A DNA stretch of 63,721 nt, counting the filler, from Chlamydiia bacterium (GTDB lineage: Bacteria > Chlamydiota > Chlamydiia > Chlamydiales > FEN-1388), in NCBI GenBank assembly GCA_903848235.1. It is 8 parts of 8 records of this genome, joined end to end, with 100 filler letters (N's around TTAATTAATTAA, not from the genome) between each part and the next. Parts side by side here need not be neighbours in the genome. Positions count along the whole stretch, not along the records: positions 1 to 13,187 come from CAINFV010000097.1; positions 13,288 to 25,031 come from CAINFV010000099.1; 6 more parts are not named here. One strand, written 5' to 3'. The notes under the pieces are model-generated. The model made no database searches. It worked only from the letters and a program-made list of their open reading frames with translations, and had not been told where the DNA came from. Positions within the stretch are counted from its first letter, which is position 1. Each line of letters starts with the position of its first letter. The position numbers and the translations under genes were made by a program. Below are positions 8,098 through 18,632 of the stretch, in pieces.

Positions 8098-11000
8098 TTA
8101 GCCGCCTTGGTCTTCGCGCTGATGGAAGAAGACTAGAAGAGGCGGTGCTATGAAGAGGGAAGAGATAGTGCCGAGGAGGACGCCGAGAAACATGACAAAT
8201 GAGAATCCAAAGAGCGCAGGCCCTCCAAGCAGCACGAGGCAGAGGAGGACGACGAGGGTGATTCCAGATGTCAACAGCGTTCTGCTTAAGGTACTGTTCA
8301 GCGCCATGTTCACGATTTCTGAGAATCGCTTCTTATGGTACAGCGACAGGTCTTCACGCACGCGGTCAAAGACGATGATCGTGTCGTTGAGCGAGTAGCC
8401 GATGATGGTCATCAGCGCTCCTATCACCTCAAGGTTGATCTGCACTGGCAGGCCAAAGAGGCGGAGGATAGCGATGACGGCAAGTGTCAGCAGAACGTCA
8501 TGGAGAAGGGCGAGGACGGCGCTGACGGCGTACTTCCATTCAAAGCGTACCGCGATATAAATCAGGATGGCGAGGACAGCAAGGCCGAGGGCGATGATGG
8601 CGTTGTTGCGCATCGCATCTGAAAACTGACCGCTGATGGCTGTCCACTGTTGGACAAGATCCGTGCGGTCCACAGGGCGGATGTCAATGCCGCCTTTTTC
8701 TAGCGTGGTGACGACCCAGTCTAGACGTGGTATCTGCTGATAGGCATAGGTCCCGACGGCGGCTTCCGAGGCTTGCGGAAGATCTGCGAAAGGACGGCCT
8801 GGCTGTTCTAGAGAGGAGCTAAGCTGGATGCGAAGAGCGGTTGGTCGGCCAAGCTCTCGAATCTGAATCTCGCTAGACTGAACACCGTTTGCTTCGAGAG
8901 CCTTTTCAGCAACTTCTCGTGGGCTAGAGGTGGATTTTGTCGTCGCTTCGAGGACAAGAGCATAGCCTCCCGTGAAGTCCATGCCGAGCATCGATTTCCA
9001 TGTGCTGCCAGTGACGATCACACCGATGACAAGGATGGCAACGGAGATGATATAGGCAAGCTTCTTCCATGCCAGGAAGTCATAGGCTTTCGAGGAGATC
9101 CAGTTGGCCATTGACAGCTTGGTATGTTTTGGATTTTCCGCCCACCCTGTGAAGTAATAGCGCGTGACGAAGAGGGAGGTGAACATCGAAGAGGTTAATC
9201 CGATGATCAATACCATAGCAAAGCCACGGACAGGACCGCAGTCGAACTGCGTGAGTATAAAAGCCGCGATAACCGTTGTGAGGTTTGAGTCTGTGATGGC
9301 AGAAAATGCCTTTTGATAACCTCGTGCGATGGCTGATGAGATACGATTAGAAATCGAAAATTCTTCGCGTATGCGCTCGAAGACTAAGACGTTAGCGTCA
9401 ACTGCCATGGCGACGGTGAGGACGATACCTGCTATCACTGGCAGGGTGATGGCGGCTTCGATGTTCTGCATGACAGCCCAGATGATGAGCAGGTTAAACA
9501 GAACAGCGATGCTGGCCACAACGCCCGCAAAATGATAGTAGGCTACCATGATCCCTATGACGGCAACGATTGAAAGAGAGGCTGCCAGAAGCCCTTGGTG
9601 GCGTTCGCGAGTGCCGAGGTCAGGACTGACGTTTTGTTCGGAGAGAATTTTTGGTGTAAATGATAGCGACCCTGCCTGGAGATTTGTCGCTAGATTTTGC
9701 ACTTCTCGTTGACTGAAGTTACCGGTGATCATCGCGCTGTCGCGAAGAGCACTGGAGAGTGAAGGAGCGTTGACGACGGTTCCGTTGAGGATGACAGCCA
9801 TGCGCCATCCACGGCCATGGGAATACTGCTCGCGAACCGTCCCTAGTATCCCTTCCTCAGAAAACTGCGATGTCCAGGTATAGAACTCATCACGAGGGTG
9901 GATTCCCTGCCCACGGCAGTCGGAACCGCGGATGCCGAAAACGAGGATGTTTCCTTTTGAAGGGTCGTATGATGGGTGGACATTCTCTAGGTTGCATCCT
10001 TCGAGGGAATAGTTTTTAAAAACGATTATCAAGGGATTTGCTTGTGACGGCCATTCTGATGGGTCATCACCATGCCAACGGGCGATGATAGATACATGAT
10101 CGTCAAAAGCTGTCGACGAAGGTGGCGACGATGGATCTTCAAGGACAAGGCCTGCGTCGAGAATCGCTTTGATGTTATCATCGCTGACGAGACCTGCTTT
10201 GACAGCAGTGATCTTTCGCAAGGCGATTTTGTTGATGCATTCACTGTCTTTGCAGTTCGTGACCACCGCTTCGTTCCATACCTCTTGGAGGAACGCCTGC
10301 ACGGGCTTTGCCATCTCGGTATTCATGGGGCCGAACTGCTCATTGGCAATGTGGAAGTACATCGCCGATGCTTTCACAAGCTCAGAGGCGCTGACGCCGC
10401 TGACGCCAGGGAAGTCAATGAGTATAGTTCCATTTTCAATACGGAGGGTGCGTTCTGAAACCCCCATTTTGTTCAGCCGTGAGTAGAGCTCCGACGTTGC
10501 CTGTTTGAGGTCGTCCATCTTTGTGACGGGACGATTTGCTTGGTCGAGGAGGCCTACGCGTACGCTTTTTCCTCCTGATAAGTCAAGCCCCCAGCGAAGG
10601 ATCCTTGTGTCATCGCCACGCCAGTATTTGTTCCATGAGCGCTTGAAATTTGACCAGACGATGTTCTTCGTTGGCTTTGGTATAGAGAATCGTTCTGCAG
10701 GGCTGAGGGATACTTGCGCCGCCTGCCATGTTTCACGCCATTTGATGAGGTCTTCTTGGCAGCTATCGTCAATGTGATTCTCTGCGAGAATGCGGTTTTC
10801 CCAGGTTCCACATTCTAGAAGAGCTACATTGGTGTTTCCAGGCACATAAAAAGCCTCGCGAGTAGCTTCTATAAGAGGGGCGTAGAACTGGTCGAGTTCG
10901 AAGACGACGTCATTGGCAAATTCAGAAGAGGCGCCAAGCACTTTCCCAGGGTAGACGACGAAGCCGCGTTGTTGGAGAAGGGATGCTAAGGCATCAAAGT

Positions 11001-12582
11001 CTTTTTGAAGAGTAGGATCGCCGCCAGCTGCATTTTTATATTCCAGAAGATCCATTCCACCGCGGACAATGACATACAGAGAGCCTGTCTTCAGAGTTCC
11101 ATTGTCAATATCAGCAGAAGCAGGTGAGAAGACGACGAGGCAGAGAGTCTTTATATCTGGAGCTGCAGCATGATATTGATCAGCGCTGAGTCGGGGGAGA
11201 GCTTCGGCAGAAAGGTCAATGCTCTGTGGGTTCCATTCTGTTGAAATCTCGTCGAGAAGCGTCTTCGCCATTGATGCGGCGACACGGCTCAGCTGCAGCT
11301 CGATGACACCGTTTGAGGTGGGAGACTGTGAGAGAGCTGCGTGATATGATGTTCCTTCTCCTTTGAAGGTCTCCTCAGTCTGGCGTGAAATACGCGCCAC
11401 TTCGTTCATCACCATCTTGCTGACAGCATCTTGAAGGCGAGCAGCATTTTCTGTTGTGGGATGAGCGTTTTGAAGAATCGCTGCTACATCGTGATGCAGC
11501 TCAAGGGTCAGCTGGTCTTCTGTCCAGTCAACGGCAACAGACGTAATCAGAGGGTTGCGGTCGCCAAGAGAGAGGATATAGATAGTTTTGGCAGATGTCG
11601 CTCTTGCATTGGTAATCCACTTTGACAGCGCTTCTTTGGACAGCGGCGTCGAACCATTGTCCAGGAGTGGTTTTTTACTCAGCAGCCATGCTGCTGCCTT
11701 TCGATATCGGTCGATGCGTGCTGCGAGGCGTTGTTCTTTTTCAAGAATCGCTGTCGACACTACTTTGCCCTGCGCTATGGTCTCTTTTTGCTGCGCTTGC
11801 GACGTGTCTATCTCTGACTGGAGCTGTACTGCCTCTTGTTGAAAGCGGGTGATAAGGGCATCGAGGTGAGGTGTTGCAACGCTTCCTTGGAAGAGGTTTT
11901 TCAATAGCCGTGTTGTGAGCTTTTGATCAGTATCAAGAGTGGCTTCCCATTCAGCAATGTCTGTTGCTATCTGCTCTAGAGCCTGTTTGTCATCGCCTTT
12001 AAGGGCGGCATCCGCTTTTTCTGCAAGCGCTGAAGGGCCGCTGCAGGCGTAGGCGACGGCTACAAATCTGTTGCGAGCTATGTCGAAATATTCGGGTGAC
12101 GGCTGTCCATCTTTCTCTTTCTTCGAGATGAATTTGAAGTACTCGGGTACTGATGAGGGAGGTATCTGAATTCCAAGATGGCTCCTCACACGAATTGAGC
12201 AGCCGCTGACGTCATCGAGGAAGAGCTGGGAGGGCTTGAAGGAGATGAGCATGCCGGCGCGGGGAAGGAATTTCTGCACGATTGTCGCTTCTTCTGGCGT
12301 TGCTACATCGAAAGTAATTATTGTCGGATTTGCAGCGTCGACTTTGATATTCGACGGGTGGACACCGACCATGGTGCTGAAGTTGTGAATCCAATCGACG
12401 GCATCAGGAGAGAGGTTATTTACCCGCTGTGCAATGGCCAGCTCTATAGCTTCAGAGCCCTTTGCATCGACAGGCTGGCTCAGGGGCCGCATGTAAAAAA
12501 TAATCGTTGGGAGAATGTTGTACAGGGTCCATGCCAAGACAGTCAGAATAACGGCGAGCTGCCAACGTTTTTGCTTTTCCAT
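8098..12582 (-). CDS. secDF: Protein translocase SecD/SecF fusion (chlamydial long form)
   Basis: WGLDLSGG, MAVDANVLVFERIREE, LGMDFTGG and GYSLNDTIIVFDRVRE; 1494 aa. Confidence 0.95.
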   Translation of the reverse strand: MEKQKRWQLAVILTVLAWTLYNILPTIIFYMRPLSQPVDAKGSEAIELAIAQRVNNLSPDAVDWIHNFSTMVGVHPSNIKVDAANPTIITFDVATPEEATIVQKFLPRAGMLISFKPSQLFLDDVSGCSIRVRSHLGIQIPPSSVPEYFKFISKKEKDGQPSPEYFDIARNRFVAVAYACSGPSALAEKADAALKGDDKQALEQIATDIAEWEATLDTDQKLTTRLLKNLFQGSVATPHLDALITRFQQEAVQLQSEIDTSQAQQKETIAQGKVVSTAILEKEQRLAARIDRYRKAAAWLLSKKPLLDNGSTPLSKEALSKWITNARATSAKTIYILSLGDRNPLITSVAVDWTEDQLTLELHHDVAAILQNAHPTTENAARLQDAVSKMVMNEVARISRQTEETFKGEGTSYHAALSQSPTSNGVIELQLSRVAASMAKTLLDEISTEWNPQSIDLSAEALPRLSADQYHAAAPDIKTLCLVVFSPASADIDNGTLKTGSLYVIVRGGMDLLEYKNAAGGDPTLQKDFDALASLLQQRGFVVYPGKVLGASSEFANDVVFELDQFYAPLIEATREAFYVPGNTNVALLECGTWENRILAENHIDDSCQEDLIKWRETWQAAQVSLSPAERFSIPKPTKNIVWSNFKRSWNKYWRGDDTRILRWGLDLSGGKSVRVGLLDQANRPVTKMDDLKQATSELYSRLNKMGVSERTLRIENGTILIDFPGVSGVSASELVKASAMYFHIANEQFGPMNTEMAKPVQAFLQEVWNEAVVTNCKDSECINKIALRKITAVKAGLVSDDNIKAILDAGLVLEDPSSPPSSTAFDDHVSIIARWHGDDPSEWPSQANPLIIVFKNYSLEGCNLENVHPSYDPSKGNILVFGIRGSDCRGQGIHPRDEFYTWTSQFSEEGILGTVREQYSHGRGWRMAVILNGTVVNAPSLSSALRDSAMITGNFSQREVQNLATNLQAGSLSFTPKILSEQNVSPDLGTRERHQGLLAASLSIVAVIGIMVAYYHFAGVVASIAVLFNLLIIWAVMQNIEAAITLPVIAGIVLTVAMAVDANVLVFERIREEFSISNRISSAIARGYQKAFSAITDSNLTTVIAAFILTQFDCGPVRGFAMVLIIGLTSSMFTSLFVTRYYFTGWAENPKHTKLSMANWISSKAYDFLAWKKLAYIISVAILVIGVIVTGSTWKSMLGMDFTGGYALVLEATTKSTSSPREVAEKALEANGVQSSEIQIRELGRPTALRIQLSSSLEQPGRPFADLPQASEAAVGTYAYQQIPRLDWVVTTLEKGGIDIRPVDRTDLVQQWTAISGQFSDAMRNNAIIALGLAVLAILIYIAVRFEWKYAVSAVLALLHDVLLTLAVIAILRLFGLPVQINLEVIGALMTIIGYSLNDTIIVFDRVREDLSLYHKKRFSEIVNMALNSTLSRTLLTSGITLVVLLCLVLLGGPALFGFSFVMFLGVLLGTISSLFIAPPLLVFFHQREDQGG

Positions 12583-12687
12583 CGATATCCTTTAATTTCA
12601 AAAAAGAACAGAGAGACACAGACTATCAGAGAGGGCGCGATTCTGTCTATCAACCAGGTGATTCTGAGAACAACGAAAGAATCCCTC

Positions 12688-12713
12688 CTCATGACACAAG
12701 ATTGTGTCATGAG
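12688..12713. terminator. Hairpin downstream of the lipoprotein gene
   Basis: CTCATGACACA-AGAT-TGTGTCATGAG. Confidence 0.5.
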
Positions 12714-12733
12714 AAAGAGACGAGAAATTTTTC

Positions 12734-13129
12734 TTAGAATTGAGACGAATGGTGGGTGACAGTCTCGACTTTTTTGTTCTGATCGAATTTGATCACGACC
12801 GTGAGTGTCCTCTGAGAGACTTCATTTCGATTTACATAGTCTGCACCAGTTTGGCAAAACAAAAGAAATCCTCCACAGCCTGAAGACCTGACCTGAGTGG
12901 CTATTTTGTCATAGATCCATGTTTCTTTATTGTCTTTATCATTGGTGACAATGTTTGGAGAGCCTAAAGCAATGGCGAGTTCATCTTGAGACATGCCTGG
13001 GCGAATTTCTTTTTGTACGACACCAAGTGTCATCTTTTTGCTGTCGCTATATGTGTCGTCGTAGAAGTTCTTGGCATTGCACCCGGCAAGAACCAGCACA
13101 ATGAATGGGATATACGTTAATAGTCTCAT
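12734..13129 (-). CDS. SmpA/OmlA (BamE-like) lipoprotein
   Basis: Lipobox LAGC; IRPGMSQDEL..LGSP...ETWIY. Confidence 0.75.
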   Translation of the reverse strand: MRLLTYIPFIVLVLAGCNAKNFYDDTYSDSKKMTLGVVQKEIRPGMSQDELAIALGSPNIVTNDKDNKETWIYDKIATQVRSSGCGGFLLFCQTGADYVNRNEVSQRTLTVVIKFDQNKKVETVTHHSSQF

Positions 13130-13152
13130 CTTAATTACCTATTTAATTTAAA

Positions 13153-13187
13153 CTGGACTTTAGCATTTTTTGAGACCGATTTCGCAT
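13153..13187. mobile_element. MITE family A, left end truncated by contig break
   Basis: Identical to 6527-6561. Confidence 0.9.
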
Positions 13188-13287
13188 NNNNNNNNNNNNN
13201 NNNNNNNNNNNNNNNNNNNNNNNNNNNNNNNTTAATTAATTAANNNNNNNNNNNNNNNNNNNNNNNNNNNNNNNNNNNNNNNNNNNN
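13188..13287. other. Artificial contig linker (also 25032-25131, 41809-41908, 55150-55249, 56771-56870, 59314-59413, 62092-62191)
   Basis: N44-TTAATTAATTAA-N44, with stops in all six frames. Confidence 0.98.
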
Positions 13288-14339
13288 GAAGCAGCGTCTT
13301 GCAGAGGACGGTCGAACTCCGTTTGGCAAGCTGCTACCAGCACTGGATCTGACGACGGAAGAGAGACCTCATTCCATCGCTGCCCTTCACTTGCATCCCC
13401 CTCTTGCGCATAGCAGACGTCTTTGGCACTCTGAGGTTGTAGGCCATGATTGTCAGCTGCCTGTGGAAAGGCAGTGGACGCCACCGTCACCCGGCCAACG
13501 TTATTCTCTTGATCGGCATCATCAACTCGAAGATCGGGAAACACATCCGCCACCTCGTCAAAGAAAAGGCCTAAGAGATTTTCTTCCCCCAGATCTATTT
13601 TCTTCGGCATGTCGTCTTGCTGAGCCTCAAGCTTGTTTTCCTGATCAAGCACAACACGCTGCCCTTCGGTAATTGGCGTCATAGATGGCTCTTGAGCAGG
13701 CTCCACCACCCGTGCTACTGTCGGTTGTTTCTGCTCTGGAGGCGTTGGAGTGGCTTCAGGAACCGGTTTTTCTGCTTCTATAGGTACCGGATATGCGCCT
13801 CCAAATGGGACATTCTCTCCAAGGAGCATTCTTGCCTGTTCTAACGTCTCTTCGAATTTCGTCACACGGCCGTAGAACAGTGTTGAGGCAGGATACGAAT
13901 AGTATGTGATCTTCCCGCTTTCAAGACACATTGACTGAACCGTTTCCATGTCCGCCTGGGCCGAGAATACGTTGTCGGTGTCAATTTTCAGATACACATG
14001 ATTCAATGAAAAAGGCTCAGGAAGCAAATTTCTTTCGTGAAGTGCAGGATCATTGTTGATCTTGTCAACAATCTGCTCCGCGACTCCTACAAGCATTTTC
14101 CGCGCCTGATTTATAGAAAGAGTTCGATAGCATGAAAAATATAAGTCTACGCCTAGCAATCGGTTCTGATTGACGTAGGCACACGACCAGTTCAGAAGAA
14201 AAGATTTCGACCTAAACAGCTCTGCAGCTTGAAGTCGTAAAAAATAATCTACATATTGCCGATCCTGAGGAGCGGCATATCCGCCTAGAAATGACGCACT
14301 AAAAAGAACAGGGAGGAGAAGACTGTACCATCTCTTCAT
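13288..14339 (-). CDS. Exported hypothetical protein, partial
   Basis: Signal peptide MKRWYSLLLPVLFSASFLGGYA; Pro/Glu-rich tail cut by the gap. Confidence 0.7.
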
Positions 14340-14494
14340 TACCTTGGCTCCGCTAGAAAATCTCGATGAAGACTCCAAAAATCTTTCGCCAGACTACTGA
14401 TGTGAATAGTTTTTTCCAACTGGACTTTAGAATTTTATAACGTTGATGTCACGAGAAGTTCTGCATCCTCTACGAAATACATCGCAATAAAGAT

Positions 14495-15154
14495 TTACTC
14501 TAGCTCACTGCTCTCTGACCGCAACCGCTCAATGAGCAGCTCGGCAAGCTTGCGTATTTCTGGTCGCGTGCTCGAGATATTGAGCTCTGAAAGGCGATTC
14601 CTATTTTCTTCGAGAATCTGCGTGAAAAAATCCTCCCTATCAAGCTGCAGATACCCTCTTTCCTGTGATTGAAAGACCATGTCACGTAGTTGAGGAAGTG
14701 CAAAGCCGTTGCTCTCAAGAGCATCTATTAACGCCAAAAACTGCTGTACGAGCCCAATCACCATTTTCTTTCCTTCTTCACCACCAGAGGCAAATTCTTC
14801 GAACAGCCCTCGCGGTAATCCAGAAAAGTTGAACCCTGAACTCTCTCTTGCTTTGACCCAATATAGACGTAACAGCTTCTCTTGCAACGTCATCCCTTCG
14901 GATAGAATGCCTTGAAGGCGATCAGCGTTCCGATCAAAAAAAGCCTCCGCGCTATATCTATCCACCGTTAGGGTATCACCTGCTATGGTCACCGGCTCTG
15001 CTCGACCTCTTAAGACGTCAAGTACCGTTCGTATGAAGGACTTGACGCCCATCCTTTCATACAAGTCAATACCATCTCCCTCTTCATCCATATCTTCAAA
15101 GAGATGACCATGAGAAATGAACCCTCTCAACGGATTCACCATACATGCCCCCAC
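14495..15154 (-). CDS. Hypothetical protein
   Basis: 219-aa ORF; no motif recognised. Confidence 0.6.
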   Translation of the reverse strand: MGACMVNPLRGFISHGHLFEDMDEEGDGIDLYERMGVKSFIRTVLDVLRGRAEPVTIAGDTLTVDRYSAEAFFDRNADRLQGILSEGMTLQEKLLRLYWVKARESSGFNFSGLPRGLFEEFASGGEEGKKMVIGLVQQFLALIDALESNGFALPQLRDMVFQSQERGYLQLDREDFFTQILEENRNRLSELNISSTRPEIRKLAELLIERLRSESSELE

Positions 15155-15371
15155 CTCAACTGAGTACAGGGTCGTAGCATCAACACCTCCAACTTTTCAC
15201 ATCCAAAATACTCTTCGTACCATTCGACTACATTATAACAAATACTTTTTTTAACATAAAATATTCAGGGTAGCTGTTGTGTTGAGAAATACGAATAACC
15301 GGAAGCGGAAAGACTGGATTTATACCTCTTCTTGTTCAAGAATCGGTATACGAACGCGCGTTAGGACTACA

Positions 15372-15391
15372 CTCGACTTTGCAAAGTCGAG
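15372..15391. mobile_element. Collapsed MITE family B footprint (20-bp palindrome, TSD CTACA)
   Basis: CTCGACTTTGCAAAGTCGAG flanked by CTACA at 15367-15371 and 15392-15396. Confidence 0.85.
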
Positions 15392-16372
15392 CTACACAGT
15401 TCGATATGCCTTATACCATGAAGCAAATCGATCAATCCCCTCTGCCAGGGAGATCTTGGGAGCATATCCAAAGTCCGATTGAGCCTTTCGTATATCAGCC
15501 CATGTCTCGACCATGTCGCCAGCTGGAGCCTCTACTTCTCGCAAAAGTGCTGTACACCCTAAAGAAGTCTCAAGACATGTCACCAACTGATGCACGCTCT
15601 GTGAGTGGCTGTTCCCAAGGTTATACACGCCATAGTCCTTTGGACAGGAGAGGGCGCCGGCAATGCCTTCGACGATATCGTCAATATAGGTAAAATCTCG
15701 GCGCAGCATCCCTCGTCCGAACATCGCAATGGGCTCGCCTTTCACCATCTTTTCGGCGAAGAGAAAATAGGCCATATCAGGGCGGCCCCAAGGGCCATAG
15801 ACAGTAAAAAATCGTAATCCTATCAGCTTCATGCCAAAGAGGTGGTGATAAGCATAGGCCATCAGTTCATTTGCTTTCTTCGTCGCCCCGTAGAGATTTG
15901 CCGGGCTATCGGTTCTATCCTCTTCTGAAAAGGGAAGCTTTGTATTTGTCCCGTAGACAGAAGAGCTTGACGCCCAGACAGTTACGATAGAAGGATGGCA
16001 ACGCACAGCCTCTAAAACGCTCAAAAACCCATCAATATTCGACTGGAGGTAGGCCTCAGGAGCCTCCAATGAATAGCGGACACCTGCCTGCGCCGCTAAA
16101 TGGACAATATGGGTGATCTTCTCTTTCTCGATCAGCTCTTTGAGCTTTTGCGTCTCTTCAACTCCTTGCGTCACACAAGAAATTCCCATTCTCTGCAACA
16201 GCGCCGTCCTGTCGTTCTTCAACTGCACGCTGTAATAGGGACAAAAATTATCAAGGCCGATCACAGAATGGCCAGCTTCTTTCAACTTTTTGGCCACGTG
16301 AAAGCCGATGAAACCGGCTGCCCCTGTCACCAACACATTCCATGTATCGTTGCCCATTCCATTTTCTCCCAT
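15392..16372 (-). CDS. NAD-dependent epimerase (UDP-glucuronate 4-epimerase-like)
   Basis: TGAAGFIG, HLAAQAGVRYS, YGATK and VYGPWGRPDMA. Confidence 0.92.
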   Translation of the reverse strand: MGENGMGNDTWNVLVTGAAGFIGFHVAKKLKEAGHSVIGLDNFCPYYSVQLKNDRTALLQRMGISCVTQGVEETQKLKELIEKEKITHIVHLAAQAGVRYSLEAPEAYLQSNIDGFLSVLEAVRCHPSIVTVWASSSSVYGTNTKLPFSEEDRTDSPANLYGATKKANELMAYAYHHLFGMKLIGLRFFTVYGPWGRPDMAYFLFAEKMVKGEPIAMFGRGMLRRDFTYIDDIVEGIAGALSCPKDYGVYNLGNSHSQSVHQLVTCLETSLGCTALLREVEAPAGDMVETWADIRKAQSDFGYAPKISLAEGIDRFASWYKAYRTV

Positions 16373-16382
16373 TCATTTTCAC

Positions 16383-16544
16383 CCGGACTTTAGCATTTTT
16401 TGGGGCCCGATTTCGCATTCGTTCTCTCTTTAGACTTCTTGTATTTATCATAGATGGCCTAACTAGGACGATCTATGATAAATGCAATCGTCTAAAGAGA
16501 GAACGCTCTGCGAACTGGGGTGCCCCAAAAATGCTAAAGTCCAG
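16383..16544. mobile_element. MITE family A, diverged complete copy (162 bp)
   Basis: Full-length alignment to 6527-6683 with paired changes in both arms; TSD eroded. Confidence 0.9.
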
Positions 16545-16673
16545 GTTACCGAGAGTAAAAGAGGGGCGGATTCCTAGCAAAGCATCTTCTTGTCAAAAAA
16601 TCACGAAAGTCCAGTATGCGAAAAAAGCCAATGCGGTACTCTGATATATTCAGTATGGAAGAAGAGGAAAGCG

Positions 16674-18143
16674 ATGGAACAGACAACGTGTTGTCAGACA
16701 GATGTAGAAAGCATCATGCGACGCCTCAAAGGTGGTAATACCCCGTATACCCAACCCAAACCTCAACTGTCACCTTTGCCATCCACTTCCTCAGAGGTCT
16801 CTGAGCTGAAGACCATCGTAAAGACGCTTGGCGCAAAGCTCAAAGACGCCTATCAGGAGCTGGCCGATAACAACGCAGCGCTCTCCTCCTCAGAACAGAT
16901 ACAGCATTCTCTTAAACAAGCAATTGAACAACTAAAAGCCTCTCTTTCCTCAAAAACTCAAGAGTTTGAAACAGCAGAAAACGAACTGCAACAGAGATCG
17001 CTTACCATCGAGCAGCTCGAGCGTGATCTTGTCGACGTGCGCAGTAAAGCATCGACACCATTGCCATCGCCTGATCTTGCTAATCTCCGCGATGAGCTCC
17101 TGGCTATTCGAGCAGAGCAGCTGAACTGGCACGAAGAGCGCAAGCGGTTAGAGACCCTCCTCGAACAAGAACACCATAAAGGACGTTCTGAGACCTCAAA
17201 CACAAATGGCCAGCTCGTACGCCTTGCGATGGGCTGCAAGCAGCTCGAAGAGGAGATACACTCCCTCAAATGCGAGCGTGCAGCGACACTCCGGCAGTTC
17301 AACCAGTACAAAGACCTGAGTGAAGAATCTCAAAAAGCGCTGGCTGCAGAGAGGGAAAAGGGGCACGAACGTGAAGAGGCACTAGCATCAAGCACACGGA
17401 CGATCCAAGAACTTCTAGACACGATAGAAAAAAACAAGACGGCTATCACCACTCTGGACGAAGCACAAGAACAGGCAGCACACAAAGAAGCTTCTCTTCT
17501 CTCTGAGATTTCATTGGAACGAGCAAGTCTTGCCAGTGAAAAGGAGGCATGCGCGGCTCTTTCCATATCGCTGAAAGCTGCCAACGAGTCATTCCACGCT
17601 CTCTCATCACAGCTCGAACAAGAGCGCCGCCTCTTCCACGAGACAGATGAAAAATGCATGCTCTTCCAAAAGGAAAAAGAAGCCGCTGATACTCGTGTCA
17701 AAGAAGTCGAAGAACTCCTCATCATCAAGCTGCAGACGATCAGCGATCTTGAAGAACAGCTTGGAGAAGCGATCACGCAGTGCGATGACACAGAACATAG
17801 AGCCGTGAATTCGGAGGAAGGGGCAGCACGTCTTGCCGAAGATCTTCATAAGATGACCGAAGCACGAGACTCCCTCCATGACAAAGGATTGAAACTCGAA
17901 CAGCAGCTCGGCCGTACCTCTGCTGAAAATGCAGAGCTGAAAAAACGGTCTGAAGCCTTTGAACGGATGAAGAAAGTTATCGTTGAGGCATCTTCACATG
18001 CCCATGCCATTCTCAGAACCCTTGATGGGAGCACAAAACCTACGCCTGCTATCTCTCAACTGGTCGAAGAGCTGTCGATTCACCCCCAAGAACAAGAACG
18101 ATCTCTTTTCGAGGAGCGGTTCGAACAACATGAGCTCTTCTAG
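16674..18143 (+). CDS. Long coiled-coil protein
   Basis: E/K/L/Q-rich heptads; overlaps the ruvC start. Confidence 0.8.
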   Translation: MEQTTCCQTDVESIMRRLKGGNTPYTQPKPQLSPLPSTSSEVSELKTIVKTLGAKLKDAYQELADNNAALSSSEQIQHSLKQAIEQLKASLSSKTQEFETAENELQQRSLTIEQLERDLVDVRSKASTPLPSPDLANLRDELLAIRAEQLNWHEERKRLETLLEQEHHKGRSETSNTNGQLVRLAMGCKQLEEEIHSLKCERAATLRQFNQYKDLSEESQKALAAEREKGHEREEALASSTRTIQELLDTIEKNKTAITTLDEAQEQAAHKEASLLSEISLERASLASEKEACAALSISLKAANESFHALSSQLEQERRLFHETDEKCMLFQKEKEAADTRVKEVEELLIIKLQTISDLEEQLGEAITQCDDTEHRAVNSEEGAARLAEDLHKMTEARDSLHDKGLKLEQQLGRTSAENAELKKRSEAFERMKKVIVEASSHAHAILRTLDGSTKPTPAISQLVEELSIHPQEQERSLFEERFEQHELF

Positions 18144-18630
18144 AGTCATCCTCGGCGTTGACCCAGGAACGATTGTCACGGGATACGCCGTCATCACTGT
18201 GTCGCCAGCCCTCCAGCCACGTGACTTTGGATGTATCCGCCCTCCAAAAAACGCTCTACTCAGCCTACGCTACCATGTCATCTTCCAAAGCCTGGTTCAC
18301 ATCATCCGTACCCATGGTGTTACAGAGATGGCCATCGAAACACCCTTTATCAACAAAAACCCCCAAAGCGCTCTGAAGCTGGGCAGCGCCTTAGGCTGCG
18401 CTATTATTGCAGCAAAAGAGCATGGGCTTTCGGTATTCGGCTACTCTCCGCGCCAAGTAAAACAGGGGATCACAGGGCTTGGCAGCGCCACGAAGGACGA
18501 CGTGGAGACCTTTCTCCGCGCTCTCCTCCATCTCAAAAATGCTGACCTACGCCCTGACGCCAGTGATGCTCTGTCCATTGCTATCCATCATGCCAATGCC
18601 TCCCCCCTTCATCCGCCAAAGGAGCTGTAA
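18130..18630 (+). CDS. ruvC: Holliday junction resolvase RuvC
   Basis: ILGVDPGTIVTGYA, MAIE and PDASDALSIAIHH. Confidence 0.95.
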   Translation: MSSSRVILGVDPGTIVTGYAVITVSPALQPRDFGCIRPPKNALLSLRYHVIFQSLVHIIRTHGVTEMAIETPFINKNPQSALKLGSALGCAIIAAKEHGLSVFGYSPRQVKQGITGLGSATKDDVETFLRALLHLKNADLRPDASDALSIAIHHANASPLHPPKEL

Positions 18631-18632
18631 CC

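Noticed and set aside
13188..13287. Recurrent TTAATTAATTAA palindrome within N-runs
   Set aside because: Artificial scaffold linker; ORFs running into X residues and cross-gap gene neighbourhoods are artefacts.
16251..16644. Short ORFs spanning MITE copies (also 52962-53180, 56815-57060, 58915-59154)
   Set aside because: By-products of the repeat sequence; no RBS or family motif.
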